Source of the DNA: Alphaproteobacteria bacterium
GTDB taxonomy: Bacteria > Pseudomonadota > Alphaproteobacteria > GCA-2731375
DNA: 64,000 bases
NCBI GenBank assembly: GCA_965225945.1
Contig: CBDDBZ010000035.1
Location: 128,001-192,000 of the forward strand
Direction: 5' to 3'
A program made the translations under genes and the position numbers. Of this stretch, positions 9,731 to 19,234 are shown one piece after another (position 1 is the first letter of the stretch; each line of letters opens with the position of its first letter). The notes beneath the pieces were generated by a model that was given only the letters and a program-made list of their open reading frames with translations, was not told the DNA's origin and did no database searches.

Positions 9731-10357
9731 CTAGCCGTTCTTCTCCACCTGCGACTCGATCATCCGACGCGCACGGAAAAACCGCTGGATCGCCGTTGCG
9801 TGCGTCAGAATCGCGAGCAAGATCAATAGGTAATAGAGCGGACCCGGGGTAATTTCCAGCCAAATCTGGAGCAGCGGATCGAGCACCAGGGCGAGGCAGA
9901 GAAAGACGATCCGCTCCAACCGCTCCATCAGGTCGGGCCATTTCACGTTGTCGATCGGCACCTCGATGGCGGCCCGCGCCTTCAGATAGCTGATCAGCAG
10001 CGAGCCGGTGAGCGCCAACAACGCCGGTCCCCAATAGTCGTTCACCCAGGCGATCGCCAGGAAGACCACGATCTCCTGATAGCGGTCGACCACGGCGTCG
10101 AGATAGCCGCCGAAGCGGCTCGCGCGGCCGGTGACCCGGGCGAGCGCGCCGTCCAGCGCGTCGAAGGCGAAGGTGAGGGCGAGCAGCAGCCCGAAGACGG
10201 CGTGGTTTCGATGCCAGGCGTAGAAGGCGCAGTTCGCCAGCACCAGGGCCAAGCCTAGCAGCGTCACCTGATTGGGACTGATGCCGAGCACGGCGATAGG
10301 CCGCGCCACGGCGTCCCAATAGCGATCCGTCGCCGCCTTGTTCAGCCCGTCCAACAT
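9731..10357 (-). CDS. CDP-alcohol phosphatidyltransferase
   Basis: SPNQVT and DALDGALAR...FGGYLDAVVD signature. Confidence 0.9.
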   Translation of the reverse strand: MLDGLNKAATDRYWDAVARPIAVLGISPNQVTLLGLALVLANCAFYAWHRNHAVFGLLLALTFAFDALDGALARVTGRASRFGGYLDAVVDRYQEIVVFLAIAWVNDYWGPALLALTGSLLISYLKARAAIEVPIDNVKWPDLMERLERIVFLCLALVLDPLLQIWLEITPGPLYYLLILLAILTHATAIQRFFRARRMIESQVEKNG

Positions 10358-10454
10358 GGTCCATACGCCATGGCGTTGTGGTGAATCGGCCCCCAGAATA
10401 GCGCATGCGCGAAATCGTCGGAAGTGGACGCCCTCGGGGGCCGCGCTCACGCGC

Positions 10455-11999
10455 TCAGGATGCGCCGGGACCTCGCCATCGCCGGCCAGACCGCGCGACC
10501 TCGAGGAAGCGCCGGTAGCGCATATCGTAGCGGGCCGCCTGCGAGGGGTCGGGCTGGTAGCGCTCGGCTTCCCGCGTCATGGCACCGGCTGCCGCCAGGT
10601 CGGAGCTCCAGCCAAGCGCCACCGCCGCCAGCATCGCGACCCCCCGGGCGCCCGCGAGATCGGGTTCCGCCGTCCGGGCGAGCGCGAGCCCGGTCACATC
10701 TGCGATGATCCGGCACCAGAGGTCGCTGACGGCGCCGCCGCCCACGATCCGCGCCGTCGACGGCGCCGCGCGCAGGGATTTTTCCATCGCCTCCAGCGCC
10801 CAGCGCGCGTTCAGCGCCACGCCCTCCAGCACCGCCCGCGCCAATTCGCCCCGCCCGCTCGAGAGCGCCAAGCCGATGAAGCCGGCCCTCAAGTCCGGGT
10901 CGTCCACCGGCACCCGCTCGCCCTGCAGCCAGGGCAGGAACAGCGGGCCGTCGGGCCCGCTCCCGGCCTCTCGCGCGGCGGCGTCGAAGGCGGCCAAGTT
11001 GCCGCCGAAGCCGAGGGCGTTCGCGGCCCAGGCGACGGCGGCGCCGGCCGATTCCTGCGTCGCCACGAGCAGATAACGGTCCCGCTCCGCCGCCGCGAGC
11101 GTGCCGATCCCCCGCGCGACGTCGACCTTCGGGCGGTCCCGGTGCGCGCCCCACCAACTGCTGGTGCCGAGGTAGAGGTAGAGCGCCTCCGTCGCCCGGA
11201 CCCCGGCCCCCAGCGCCGAGGCCAGGACGTCGCCCGCCCCCGCCACCATCGGCGTTCCCGCCCGCAGGCCCAGGTCGTCGGCCGCCTCCGGCCGCAAGCC
11301 GCCGACGAACTCGGCGGCCGGGCGAATCTCGGAAAGCCGCGCGCGGTCCAGTCCGACGCGGCGCAGCAACGCCTCCGACCATTCCCAGCGTCCCGGTCGG
11401 GCATCCATCAGCCAGGTGAGATGGGCGCAATCGGGCGTCGTCGCCCATTCGCCGGTGGCGCGATGGAGCAGATACTCCTTGACGTCGGGAAGGCGTCGCG
11501 CCCGCGCCCAGAGCGCCGCTTGCTCGTCGCGGAGCCAGAGCATCTTGGAGAGAGGGTCCTTGCCCGAAAGGTTGGGCGCGCCGTTGGTCAGCCGGAGCCA
11601 AGAGAGCAGCGCAAAGACGCCGTAGCCGTGTATGCGCGGCCAGCCGGCCATCAGGCGGCGGGCTTGGCCCGCGCTTCGGGTATCGAGCCAGATCATGGCG
11701 TCCTGGAGCGCCGCGCCGGCCTCGTCGACCGCCACCACGCCCCCCATCTGGGCGGCAATCGCCACGGCGGCGACGGAATCGGGTGCGATCTCCGCCTCGG
11801 CCAGCATGCGCCGGCTCGCCCGCGCCATCGCTTCCCACCAATCGTCGGGCCGCTGTTCGGCCCAACCCGGCTCCGGCTGGAACAGCGGATAGCTCTCGCG
11901 CGCCCGTGCCGCCACCCGGCCCTCGGCGTCGAACAGGGCCGACTTGACGGACGAGGTGCCGAAGTCGTAACCGAGGATCAGATCGCCGCCCGGGGTCAT
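10455..11999 (-). CDS. FGGY-family carbohydrate kinase (xylulokinase-like)
   Basis: GYDFGTSSVK, IWLDTR, LGTS, PWLQGERVP, GGGA. Confidence 0.9.
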   Translation of the reverse strand: MTPGGDLILGYDFGTSSVKSALFDAEGRVAARARESYPLFQPEPGWAEQRPDDWWEAMARASRRMLAEAEIAPDSVAAVAIAAQMGGVVAVDEAGAALQDAMIWLDTRSAGQARRLMAGWPRIHGYGVFALLSWLRLTNGAPNLSGKDPLSKMLWLRDEQAALWARARRLPDVKEYLLHRATGEWATTPDCAHLTWLMDARPGRWEWSEALLRRVGLDRARLSEIRPAAEFVGGLRPEAADDLGLRAGTPMVAGAGDVLASALGAGVRATEALYLYLGTSSWWGAHRDRPKVDVARGIGTLAAAERDRYLLVATQESAGAAVAWAANALGFGGNLAAFDAAAREAGSGPDGPLFLPWLQGERVPVDDPDLRAGFIGLALSSGRGELARAVLEGVALNARWALEAMEKSLRAAPSTARIVGGGAVSDLWCRIIADVTGLALARTAEPDLAGARGVAMLAAVALGWSSDLAAAGAMTREAERYQPDPSQAARYDMRYRRFLEVARSGRRWRGPGAS

Positions 12000-12095
12000 G
12001 GCCCGCTCGGCCACCCGGACCGGGGCGCGGGGCGGCACGGCCGCCGCCCGCGCCGCCGGCGGGCCTGGTGGACGACACCTGGGGAAGATTGCCGT

Positions 12096-13178
12096 ATGGC
12101 TTCGATCATCGCCGCCCCGGTTGTATTCGTGCTCGTGCTTCTGGGGCTGGTCTTCTTCTGGAACTACTGGCCCCTGCGCAAATACGTCTATATCAAGACC
12201 AGCCCGTCATGGAAGCGGCTGGCCCGGATCCAGACCTTCGATCCGGCGGCGGAGGCGGCGGAGGAGCGGAACCTCTTCGTCTCCTCGACGGTGATGCGCG
12301 AGGCTTGCGACATCGTCTGGCACGAGGGCGAGGAGAGCCCGCCCGAGGCGCTGCTGGAACCGCTCGCCCACGGCACCGTGGTTCACCTCAATTCCAAGCA
12401 CGTCCAGCGCTTCGCGGAGGCGGTGTTGCCCCGACTGCGAGCGCCGATCGTACTGGTGGTGGGCTGCGATACCGTGACCCCCCGGGTGCCGGGGTTCGAG
12501 GCCATCCTCGCCGCCGACAGGATCCTGCATTGGTTCCTGCAGAACGACGATCTGGGCGCCGAACATCGCGACCGCGTGAGCCAACTGCCGCTCGGCCTCG
12601 ACTATCACAAGCTGGAGCCGGCGGGCGACAACACCAGCAGCGACATGGGCCTGCCGTCGCGCGCCGGCAACCAGCAGCTCACCCTGCGGGCGATCCGCGA
12701 CACCATCGCGCCGCTTCGAGCGCGGCCGGCCCGGGTCTATGCCAACTTCCACCTGAACATGGACAGCTTCCTCCGCTCCCAGGAGGCGCTGAAACGCCGC
12801 CAGGCCCGCCAGGAGGCATGGGACGTGCTCCGGGATGCCGCCTTCATGGATTTCGAGCGCCAGCAGACGCCGCGCAACGAGGTCTGGCGGCGCCACGTCG
12901 ACGTCGCCTTCGAGGCCTCGCCCCACGGCAACGGCCTCGACTGCCATCGCACCTGGGAGGCGCTGCTGCTGAAGACGGTGCCGATCGTCAAGACCAGCGT
13001 GCTCGATTCCCTTTACGACGGCCTGCCGGTGGTGATCGTCGAGGACTGGCCGGAGATCACCACCGAAGCGCTGGAGGCCTGGCGCGAGGAATACGCCGAG
13101 GCCTTCGACGGGCCGATCCCGGAGGTGCTGTTCTCCAACCATTGGATCGAGCGGTTCAACGCCTGGAAAAGCCAATAA
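12096..13178 (+). CDS. Membrane-anchored putative glycosyltransferase, exostosin/GT47-like
   Basis: Single N-terminal TM helix; LPLGLD; C-terminal FEASPHGNGLDCHRTWEAL...VPIV motif. Confidence 0.6.
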   Translation: MASIIAAPVVFVLVLLGLVFFWNYWPLRKYVYIKTSPSWKRLARIQTFDPAAEAAEERNLFVSSTVMREACDIVWHEGEESPPEALLEPLAHGTVVHLNSKHVQRFAEAVLPRLRAPIVLVVGCDTVTPRVPGFEAILAADRILHWFLQNDDLGAEHRDRVSQLPLGLDYHKLEPAGDNTSSDMGLPSRAGNQQLTLRAIRDTIAPLRARPARVYANFHLNMDSFLRSQEALKRRQARQEAWDVLRDAAFMDFERQQTPRNEVWRRHVDVAFEASPHGNGLDCHRTWEALLLKTVPIVKTSVLDSLYDGLPVVIVEDWPEITTEALEAWREEYAEAFDGPIPEVLFSNHWIERFNAWKSQ

Positions 13179-13244
13179 CGGCCGCGCGCCCTGGACGGGT
13201 GTCGCCGCGCCTGTTACCGACGGGGCCGAGAGGAGAGGGATGCC

Positions 13245-15293
13245 ATGGTATGGGTGATCGGCGTCGATGTCGGCGGCACCTTCACTGATTTTCACGCCTT
13301 CGACGACGAAACCGGCGTCGTCCATGTCCACAAGACGCCGTCGACGCCGGACGATCCCGCGCGCGCGGTGTCGGCGGGCTTGTCGCGGCTGGCCGCCGAC
13401 AACGATATCGATCTCGGCCAACTGCGCCGCCTTTCGCACGGCACCACCGTCGCCACCAACGCGCTGATCCAGGGCAGGGGCGGTGGAATCGCCCTCGTCA
13501 CCACGGCCGGGTTCCGTGATCTGCTGGAGATCGGCCGCCAGATCCGCCCGCACATGTTCGATTTCCAGAAGGATTACCCACCGCCCCTGGTGCCGCGCGA
13601 GCTTCGCTTCGAGGCTGCCGAGCGGGTTCTGGCCGACGGCTCGGTCCATATCGGGCTGGACGAGGCGGAGATCGAACGCGTCGTCGAGGCGGTGCGGGGA
13701 GCCAAGGCGGTGGCCTGCGCGATCTGTTTTCTCTTCGCCTTCGTCAATCCGGCGCACGAGCGCCGCCTGCGCGACGCACTCGCCCGGGCGTTGCCGGAAC
13801 TGGAGATCTCCATCTCCTCCGAGGTGCAGCCCGAATTCCGCGAATACGAGCGGCTCTCGACCACGGTGCTGAACGCCTATCTGCAGCCGGTGATGTCGCG
13901 CTACATGGGCGCTTTCGAGCGCGGTTTGGCCGAGCTGGCGCCCGAGGCCGGGCTCGGCATCAACCAGTCGGCGGGCGGCCTGATGTCGCCGGCCCGCGCA
14001 AGGGAGTTGCCGATCCGAACGGCGCTTTCCGGCCCGGCGGCGGGCGCCGTCGGCGCCATTCACGCGGCCGGACTCGCCGGCGAGGCCGACGTCATCACCC
14101 TCGACATGGGCGGGACCAGCGCCGATGTCTGCCTGATCCGAGGCGGCCGAGCGGAGATGACCTTCGAGCGCTGGATCGCGGGCTATCCGGCCCGCATCGC
14201 CAGCCTCGATATCAACTCCGTCGGCGCCGGGGGCGGCTCGATCGCCTGGTTCGACCGCGACGGCTCGATGAAGGTCGGCCCGGCCAGCGCCGGCGCGATG
14301 CCGGGGCCTGCGTGTTACGGCCAGGGTGGCGCCGAGCCGACGGTGACGGACGCCAACCTGGTGCTGGGCCGGCTGTCGCCGGAGGGCCTGCTGGGGGGCG
14401 GCATGGCGCTGGACGTCGAGGCCGCGCGTGGCGCGCTCGCCCCGGCGGCCGAACGCCTCGAACTTTCGATCGAGCGGACGGCGCAAGGCGTCATCGCCAT
14501 CGTCGTCGCCAACATGATCCGCGCGCTGCGCGCGATCTCGGTGGAACGCGGGCACGATCCCCGCGAATTCGTGCTGTTGCCGTTCGGCGGCGCCGGCGGC
14601 TTGCATGCGAGCGACGTCGCCCGCGCCCTCGGCGTCGCCCGCTTCGTGGTGCCGCCCGCGCCTGGCATTCTCTGCGCCAAGGGCCTCGTGGTCTCGGATT
14701 CGACAGAGAGCTTCGTGGTGAGCAGTCTGACGCCGCTCGCGCCCGAGACCGAGGGCCGGATCGCCGCCGTGCTCGCCGATCTTTCGGTCCCGGCCGAGGA
14801 CTGGTTCGCCCGCGAGGCGGTGGCGCGCGAGGCTCGCGTGATCCAGGTGACGCTCGACATGCGCTATGTCGGCCAGAACTACGAGCTGCAGGTGGACATC
14901 GACGAGGCCGACGCCCGGGAGCCCACCGTCGAGGCCTTGTCGAAGCGTTTCTTCGCCCAGCACGAGCAGAGCTACGGCTACCACAACGCGCAAGACCCGA
15001 TCGAGATCGTCAACTACCGTTTGCGGGCGCTCGGCCGCCTGCGCCGCCCGCCGGAATCTGCCGTCGCCGCCGCTGCCGATCCCGCGCCGCCGCTTGCCGC
15101 CCGCCGCCCGGTGACCTTCGCCGAAGGCGGGACGATCGAGACCGCCCAGATCGAGCGCGACCAACTCCAGCCCGGCCACCGAATCGAGGGCCCGGCGGTG
15201 ATCGAGCAGCTCGACGCAACGACGCTTCTCCATCCCGGCGACCGGCTGGTCGTCGACGACAACCTCAATCTGATCGTGGAGGTCGGCGCATGA
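13245..15293 (+). CDS. Hydantoinase A / 5-oxoprolinase subunit
   Basis: GVDVGGTFTD, HGTTVATNAL, SGPAAG, DMGGTS, GAGGGSIA. Confidence 0.93.
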   Translation: MVWVIGVDVGGTFTDFHAFDDETGVVHVHKTPSTPDDPARAVSAGLSRLAADNDIDLGQLRRLSHGTTVATNALIQGRGGGIALVTTAGFRDLLEIGRQIRPHMFDFQKDYPPPLVPRELRFEAAERVLADGSVHIGLDEAEIERVVEAVRGAKAVACAICFLFAFVNPAHERRLRDALARALPELEISISSEVQPEFREYERLSTTVLNAYLQPVMSRYMGAFERGLAELAPEAGLGINQSAGGLMSPARARELPIRTALSGPAAGAVGAIHAAGLAGEADVITLDMGGTSADVCLIRGGRAEMTFERWIAGYPARIASLDINSVGAGGGSIAWFDRDGSMKVGPASAGAMPGPACYGQGGAEPTVTDANLVLGRLSPEGLLGGGMALDVEAARGALAPAAERLELSIERTAQGVIAIVVANMIRALRAISVERGHDPREFVLLPFGGAGGLHASDVARALGVARFVVPPAPGILCAKGLVVSDSTESFVVSSLTPLAPETEGRIAAVLADLSVPAEDWFAREAVAREARVIQVTLDMRYVGQNYELQVDIDEADAREPTVEALSKRFFAQHEQSYGYHNAQDPIEIVNYRLRALGRLRRPPESAVAAAADPAPPLAARRPVTFAEGGTIETAQIERDQLQPGHRIEGPAVIEQLDATTLLHPGDRLVVDDNLNLIVEVGA

Positions 15294-16987
15294 CCGTCAA
15301 GGCCCGAGAGATCGATCCGATCACCCTCGAGATCCTGCACAATGGGCTGCGCTCCGTCACCGACGAGAGCTACATCGCCATCACCAAGGCGGCCTATTCC
15401 ACCAATATCAAGGAACGGCGCGACCATTCGACCGCGATCATGGACGTGCGCGGCCGACTGATCGTGCAGGCGGAGAATTCGCTGCCGATCCATCTCGCCT
15501 CCATGCTGGGGCTGATGGAATGCCTCTTGGCCAAGTATCCGCCCGAAACCATCCATGAAGGCGACATATTCGTCGCCAACGATCCCTACCAGGCCGGCGG
15601 CACCCACCTGCCGGACGTCAACCTGGCGATGCCGGTTTTCACCGAGGGCAATCTGCTCGGCTTCGTCTGCAATCTCGCCCACCACGCCGACATCGGCGGC
15701 ATGGCGCCGGGCTCGATGGCGGGCGGGATGTCGGAGATCTATCAGGAGGGACTGAGAATTCCGGTGGTCAAACTCTTCAGCCGGGGCGAGCTGGTGCGGG
15801 ACCTGTTCGACATCCTGTTGCTGAACGTCCGCGTGCCGGAGGAGCGCCGCGGCGACTACTATGCCCAGATCGCCGCTTGCCGGCTCGGCGCGCGCCGGCT
15901 CGACGAGTTGCTCCAGCGCCACGGCGCCGAGCGCCTGAACGTCGCCTTCGAGACCATCCTCGACCTCACCGAGAACCGCATCCGCGCGGCGATCGCCGAG
16001 ATTCCCGACGGCACCTATCGCTTCGAGGACGTGCTCGACAACGACGGGATGGGCACCGACGACATCGCGATCCGGGTGACGGTGGAAATCGCCGGCGACG
16101 CGGCCCGCTTCGATTTCGCCGGCACCGGCCCGCAGGTGCGCGGCAACATCAACGTCACCCTGAACGCAACCCAGTCGGCGGTCTACTACACGCTCAAGGG
16201 GATGCTCGATCCCGATATTCCCAACAATCACGGCCTGATCCGCTCGGTCGAGATCACCGCGCCCGAGGGCACGATCGTCAACGCCCGCTTCCCCGCCGCC
16301 GTGGCCGGGCGGGCCAACACCACGCAGCGGATCGTCGATGTGCTGATCGGCGCGCTGGCCCAGGCGCTCCCCGAACGGGCGGTGGGGGCGGCCAACGGCG
16401 CCAACACCACCGCCGTCTTCTTCGGCGACGATCCCAGTGGCGGCGGCTCGTATCTCTATCTGGAGACGCTGGGCGGCGGCTTCGGCGGGCGCGCGAGCAA
16501 GGACGGCAAGGACGGCGTCCAGGTCCACATCACCAACACCTCCAATCTGCCGGTCGAGGCGATCGAGATGGAATACCCCCTGATGGTCGAGAGTTACGGC
16601 CTGATCGAGGATTCCGGTGGCGCCGGCACCCACAGGGGCGGCATGGGGCTTCGCCGGGTGATCCGCCCGGTCGGCCACGAGGCCGTCTTCTCCGGCATGG
16701 GGGAGCGGTTCCGCCACCAGCCCTGGGGCATCTTCGGTGGCGGCCCCGGCGCCACGGGGCGCTTCGCGCTCAGGGACGCGGACGGCAACGAAACCGCGCT
16801 CGACGACAAGCCCTCGGGGGTCCGCTTCGGGCCGAGCGAGGCGATCGTCATGGAGACCCCCGGGGCCGGCGGTTACGGCCCGCCGGAGGCACGCACGGCG
16901 GAGGCGCTGGCCGCCGACCGGCGTGGCGGCAAGTTCACCGACGAATACCTGGCGCGTCACTATCCGGGCGCGGCGGGGAAGGACTGA
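15290..16987 (+). CDS. Hydantoinase B / oxoprolinase subunit
   Basis: DPITLE, NDPYQAGGTHLPD, HHADIGG, QEGLRIP, TPGAGGYG; ATGA overlap with subunit A. Confidence 0.93.
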   Translation: MTVKAREIDPITLEILHNGLRSVTDESYIAITKAAYSTNIKERRDHSTAIMDVRGRLIVQAENSLPIHLASMLGLMECLLAKYPPETIHEGDIFVANDPYQAGGTHLPDVNLAMPVFTEGNLLGFVCNLAHHADIGGMAPGSMAGGMSEIYQEGLRIPVVKLFSRGELVRDLFDILLLNVRVPEERRGDYYAQIAACRLGARRLDELLQRHGAERLNVAFETILDLTENRIRAAIAEIPDGTYRFEDVLDNDGMGTDDIAIRVTVEIAGDAARFDFAGTGPQVRGNINVTLNATQSAVYYTLKGMLDPDIPNNHGLIRSVEITAPEGTIVNARFPAAVAGRANTTQRIVDVLIGALAQALPERAVGAANGANTTAVFFGDDPSGGGSYLYLETLGGGFGGRASKDGKDGVQVHITNTSNLPVEAIEMEYPLMVESYGLIEDSGGAGTHRGGMGLRRVIRPVGHEAVFSGMGERFRHQPWGIFGGGPGATGRFALRDADGNETALDDKPSGVRFGPSEAIVMETPGAGGYGPPEARTAEALAADRRGGKFTDEYLARHYPGAAGKD

Positions 16988-16997
16988 GGCGGTGGCC

Positions 16998-17435
16998 ATG
17001 GATCGGAGCTATCCCGATCGGCCCTTCGTCGGCGTCGGCGTCGTCGTCTACAAGGGCGACGAGGTGCTGTTGATCCAGCGCGGCAAGCCGCCCCGAAGCG
17101 GCCAATGGAGCCTTCCGGGCGGGGTACAGGAGTTGGGTGAAACGGTGCGGCAAGCGGCGCACCGCGAGGTGATGGAGGAAACCAGCGTCGAGATCGAGCT
17201 TCTGGGCCTGGTCGATGTCATCGATTCGATCCGCCACGACGCCGCCGGCAAAGTCCGCTTTCACTTCACCCTGGTCGATATGGCGGCCGAATGGCGCGCC
17301 GGCGAGCCCCGCGCGGGGGACGACGCTGCCGGCGTCGAGTGGGTGGCGCTGGGCGAGATCGAGGACTACCTCGCCTGGTCCGAGACGGTACGGGTGATCC
17401 GCGAGGGCGTGTCGCTTCGCGCTCCTGCCAGGTAG
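16998..17435 (+). CDS. NUDIX hydrolase
   Basis: Nudix box GGVQELGETVRQAAHREVMEETS. Confidence 0.9.
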   Translation: MDRSYPDRPFVGVGVVVYKGDEVLLIQRGKPPRSGQWSLPGGVQELGETVRQAAHREVMEETSVEIELLGLVDVIDSIRHDAAGKVRFHFTLVDMAAEWRAGEPRAGDDAAGVEWVALGEIEDYLAWSETVRVIREGVSLRAPAR

Positions 17436-17474
17436 CGCGTTTCGGGCACCTGGCGTCGTCCGACCCCGCCGCTC

Positions 17475-18406
17475 TCAGGCACCGGTGTAGCCCGCTCGGC
17501 GCGCCTCGTCGTCGAGAAATTCCAGGATCCGGCGCATCGCCCGGGGATCGCTCATCACGTCGTGACGGGCGCCTTCTTGCAGCACGATCGAGTTCGAGCG
17601 GGGTCGCCCGGCGCCGAAGAAGGCACCGCAGTCGCCGGCCCGCCGGCGCGAGCGGCCGCGCGCGTACCAGGGATCGTTGGCCCGGACCAGGGCCAGCACC
17701 GGCTCGTCCGGCGGCGCCCCCAGCCCGCGCACCAGGGGCGAGCCTTGGCAGGTCCACTCGGCAACCACCCGGGCGCGGAAGGCGCTGCCCCGGTGCTGCG
17801 CGGCGGCGAGCCCGCCCTCGGAGACGCCGACAAGGAAGAGCTTCTTCTTGTCGATCCAGGGGAGTTTATTAAACCGCGTGAGCGCGTAGCTGAGCTCCGC
17901 CGCGCGGAAGTCGAAGACATAGTAGTTGCGGCCGCCACGACGGGTCTTCGTGTCGCATTGCTTGGGCCGGAGTTGGTCGGCACGGCGCTAGCGCCGTTCC
18001 CGCGCCGGGCGTAGCTGTCGGGCGCGATCACCGCGAAGCCGCGCCGCGCCATCGCCCTGAGCGGCGTCAGCCCCGCGAGGCCGTCACAGCCGTGCAGATA
18101 GAGCACCGTCGGATAGCGCCGCCCCCGCTCGGCCGCGAGCCTGGCCTGGAGCGCCGGCGTGTGCATTTTGGCGACCAGCGACGGACCGCCGCCGGCACCC
18201 GGCAAGACGACGATCGCCTGGTCGAAGGTGCGGGCGATCTCGCTCTCGCGCTCGGAGACCCGGCGCGGCTGCTTCGCCGGTGCCGGCGGAGGCGGTTGCG
18301 GCGCCTCAACCTGCTTCGCCGGCTCCGGCGGAGGCCGTGGCGGTTCCTCGGAGGCACAGGCCGCGAGCGCGGAAAACAGCACCAGCATCATTACCGGGCG
18401 GAGCAT
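17475..18406 (-). pseudogene. Dienelactone-hydrolase-like alpha/beta hydrolase lipoprotein, frameshifted by a 30-bp insert at 17972-18001
   Basis: Lipobox LAAC, LHGCDG, APDSYAR, GVSEGG nucleophile elbow; replacing the insert with the single A seen in the duplicate copy restores a 301-codon frame. Confidence 0.75.
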
Positions 18407-18507
18407 GCCAATGTCCTCCGAGCTTGGGGGCGTGGAGGCGACGCGCCGCCACACGAGAGTGGTAGCCGATGGCCCCAATTCGGTCCAGCCCCTCGAGGCC
18501 AAGCCCG

Positions 18508-18772
18508 GTCGAAGACATAGTAGTTGCGGCCGCCACGACGGGTCTTCGTGTCGCATTGCTTGGGCCGGAAGCGCCGGGCGTAGCTGTCGGGCGCGATCAC
18601 CGCGAAGCCGCGCCGCGCCATCGCCCTGAGCGGCGTCAGCCCCGCGAGGCCGTCACAGCCGTGCAGATAGAGCACCGTCGGATAGCGCCGCCCCCGCTCG
18701 GCCGCGAGCCTGGCCTGGAGCGCCGGCGTGTGCATTTTGGCGACCAGCGACGGACCGCCGCCGGCACCCGGC
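18508..18772. repeat. Direct duplicate of 17910-18203 lacking the 30-bp insert
   Basis: Otherwise identical to the internal part of the hydrolase gene. Confidence 0.9.
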
Positions 18773-18794
18773 GCGGCCCGGCGGCGCGATAGGC

Positions 18795-18990
18795 GGGTCG
18801 GCGCGGGTGATGCCGGGACCGCCCTTGCGCGGGATCTTGTCGCCGGCCGCGACGTCGACGACGTAGATGGTGAGGGCGGCGCGCTCCGGGCCGAAGGTGG
18901 CGGCCGGATTGTCACCGCCGGATTCGATCAAGCAGAGCTCGCCCTGGGGGTACAGCGCCCCCATCTCCGCCAGGGTCGCCAGGTTCATCG
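18795..18990 (-). pseudogene. ureG: Internal fragment of urease accessory GTPase UreG
   Basis: SMNL...[15 protein letters not shown]...[25 protein letters not shown]; no P-loop N-terminus and no other ure genes. Confidence 0.85.
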
Positions 18991-19234
18991 AATGGATAGA
19001 GCACCTTCGCGCCTTGCAGCAGGTCCCCGAGATCCTCGAATTGCACCAGAAAATCAACGGTTTGGTTGAACGCCTCGGCCGCCTTCGCACGCCTGAGCGC
19101 CATCTCCGTGATCCTCCTTGCGAAACAAGTAGATCAACAGAGATCCGGGACTTTCTCCCGCGGTCACGCTCGAACTCACCCGATCGCCCGGCGCGCATTG
19201 GTTTACTTACTGCCGAGGGGCCGCTATACTTTTT

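Noticed and set aside
10338-16999. Very long overlapping ORFs (e.g. 12207-15233 minus, 15014-16999 minus, and the 5' part of 10338-13178)
   Set aside because: Antisense or shadow frames expected at high GC; the opposite frames carry clear protein motifs
17910-18772. Duplicate segment as a DGR template/variable repeat pair
   Set aside because: No adenine-specific mismatches and no reverse transcriptase in the window
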